Positions 23,694 through 24,000 of a DNA stretch of 24,000 bases are shown here, in pieces. Position 1 is the stretch's first letter. Every line of letters starts with the position of its first letter. The translations under genes and the position numbers were made by a program. The DNA lies in contig JAHLVZ010000030.1 of assembly GCA_019058165.1 (NCBI GenBank), positions 1 through 24,000 of the forward strand. Reading direction: 5' to 3'. Under the pieces are notes generated by a model that made no database searches, had not been told where the DNA came from, and saw only the letters and a list, made by a program, of their open reading frames with translations. This stretch comes from Candidatus Heimdallarchaeota archaeon. Its GTDB lineage: Archaea; Asgardarchaeota; Heimdallarchaeia; JABLTI01.

Positions 23694-24000
23694 ATGAATA
23701 GTTCTAAGTTTAAACAAATACTCGTTCCATTTATTTACATCATAATACTTGGATTTTTGTCTGTGAGTAATTTAGTAATTGCTGCTTCTTATACACGGCA
23801 AGATTTTGTTATTAATAATGAAACAAAGGTATTACTGGATATAGATGCAACTGTGTATTATAATGGCAGTATTATTATAACTGTTACATCCGGTGATCCT
23901 GTCAATGCTACAGTTAATGGAGTAATGAAAGAAATTTCAATAGGTGAAAGTGAAGAGTTATACATATTAAATACTACAAGTATCTATTTCTCATTATCCA
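23694..24000 (+). CDS. 5' part of a secreted/anchored protein gene running off the right edge
   Basis: ATG at 23694 lies 14 nt after the hflX stop, and the frame is open to position 24000. The N-terminal hydrophobic segment is ILVPFIYIIILGFLSVSNLVIAA, followed by beta-rich sequence with NxS/T sequons. Confidence 0.5.
   Translation, partial: MNSSKFKQILVPFIYIIILGFLSVSNLVIAASYTRQDFVINNETKVLLDIDATVYYNGSIIITVTSGDPVNATVNGVMKEISIGESEELYILNTTSIYFSLS

Noticed and set aside
1-24000. Mobile elements, prophage genes, CRISPR arrays, tRNA/rRNA genes, defence islands
   Set aside because: No transposase, integrase or Cas-like ORFs were seen. There are no regularly spaced direct repeats and no GC-rich cloverleaf-capable segments. 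The window reads as core chromosome rather than an accessory island.

Overview
This window is a visibly AT-rich, gene-dense archaeal chromosomal segment with about 25 protein-coding genes. I saw no rRNA, tRNA, CRISPR array, transposase or integrase. Archaeal origin is supported by a family-B DNA polymerase with a C-terminal PIP box, the methanopterin-pathway enzyme beta-RFAP synthase (mptG), a protein-only RNase P (HARP) homolog, TATA-like boxes, oligo-T tracts after genes, and GGAGG/GGTGA ribosome-binding motifs. An Asgard (Loki-like) lineage is an inference from a eukaryote-type Arf/Rag-like small GTPase, a putative longin/roadblock-like protein, several TPR proteins and thrombospondin-type-3 repeats. 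Housekeeping content includes mptG, an EamA/DMT transporter, a HIT hydrolase, a PspC-domain protein, HARP, a FucI-like sugar isomerase, a HAD phosphatase, PolB, a NurA-like nuclease and HflX. Four items deserve a second look. (1) A 332-aa small GTPase has a Rag/Gtr-type HKxD G4 motif and a 7-Cys C-terminal domain, and lies between a NurA-like nuclease and PolB. (2) A minus-strand envelope module has a secreted anchored protein translationally coupled to a transmembrane winged-helix regulator, followed by a 1120-aa propeller plus TSP3 surface protein. (3) The 591-bp non-coding region upstream of that module carries a duplicated GTTCAGCT-N4/5-CTGAACAGTTCG element, a perfect 16-bp palindrome and mutually exclusive hairpins. 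(4) A 272-aa protein may be a tandem longin-like/roadblock-like protein, sitting downstream of a TPR/coiled-coil protein. Three sub-60-aa genes missing from the ORF track are proposed: a zinc ribbon, a ribbon-helix-helix regulator and a small membrane protein. All functional calls rest on motif recognition by eye; no database search was possible.
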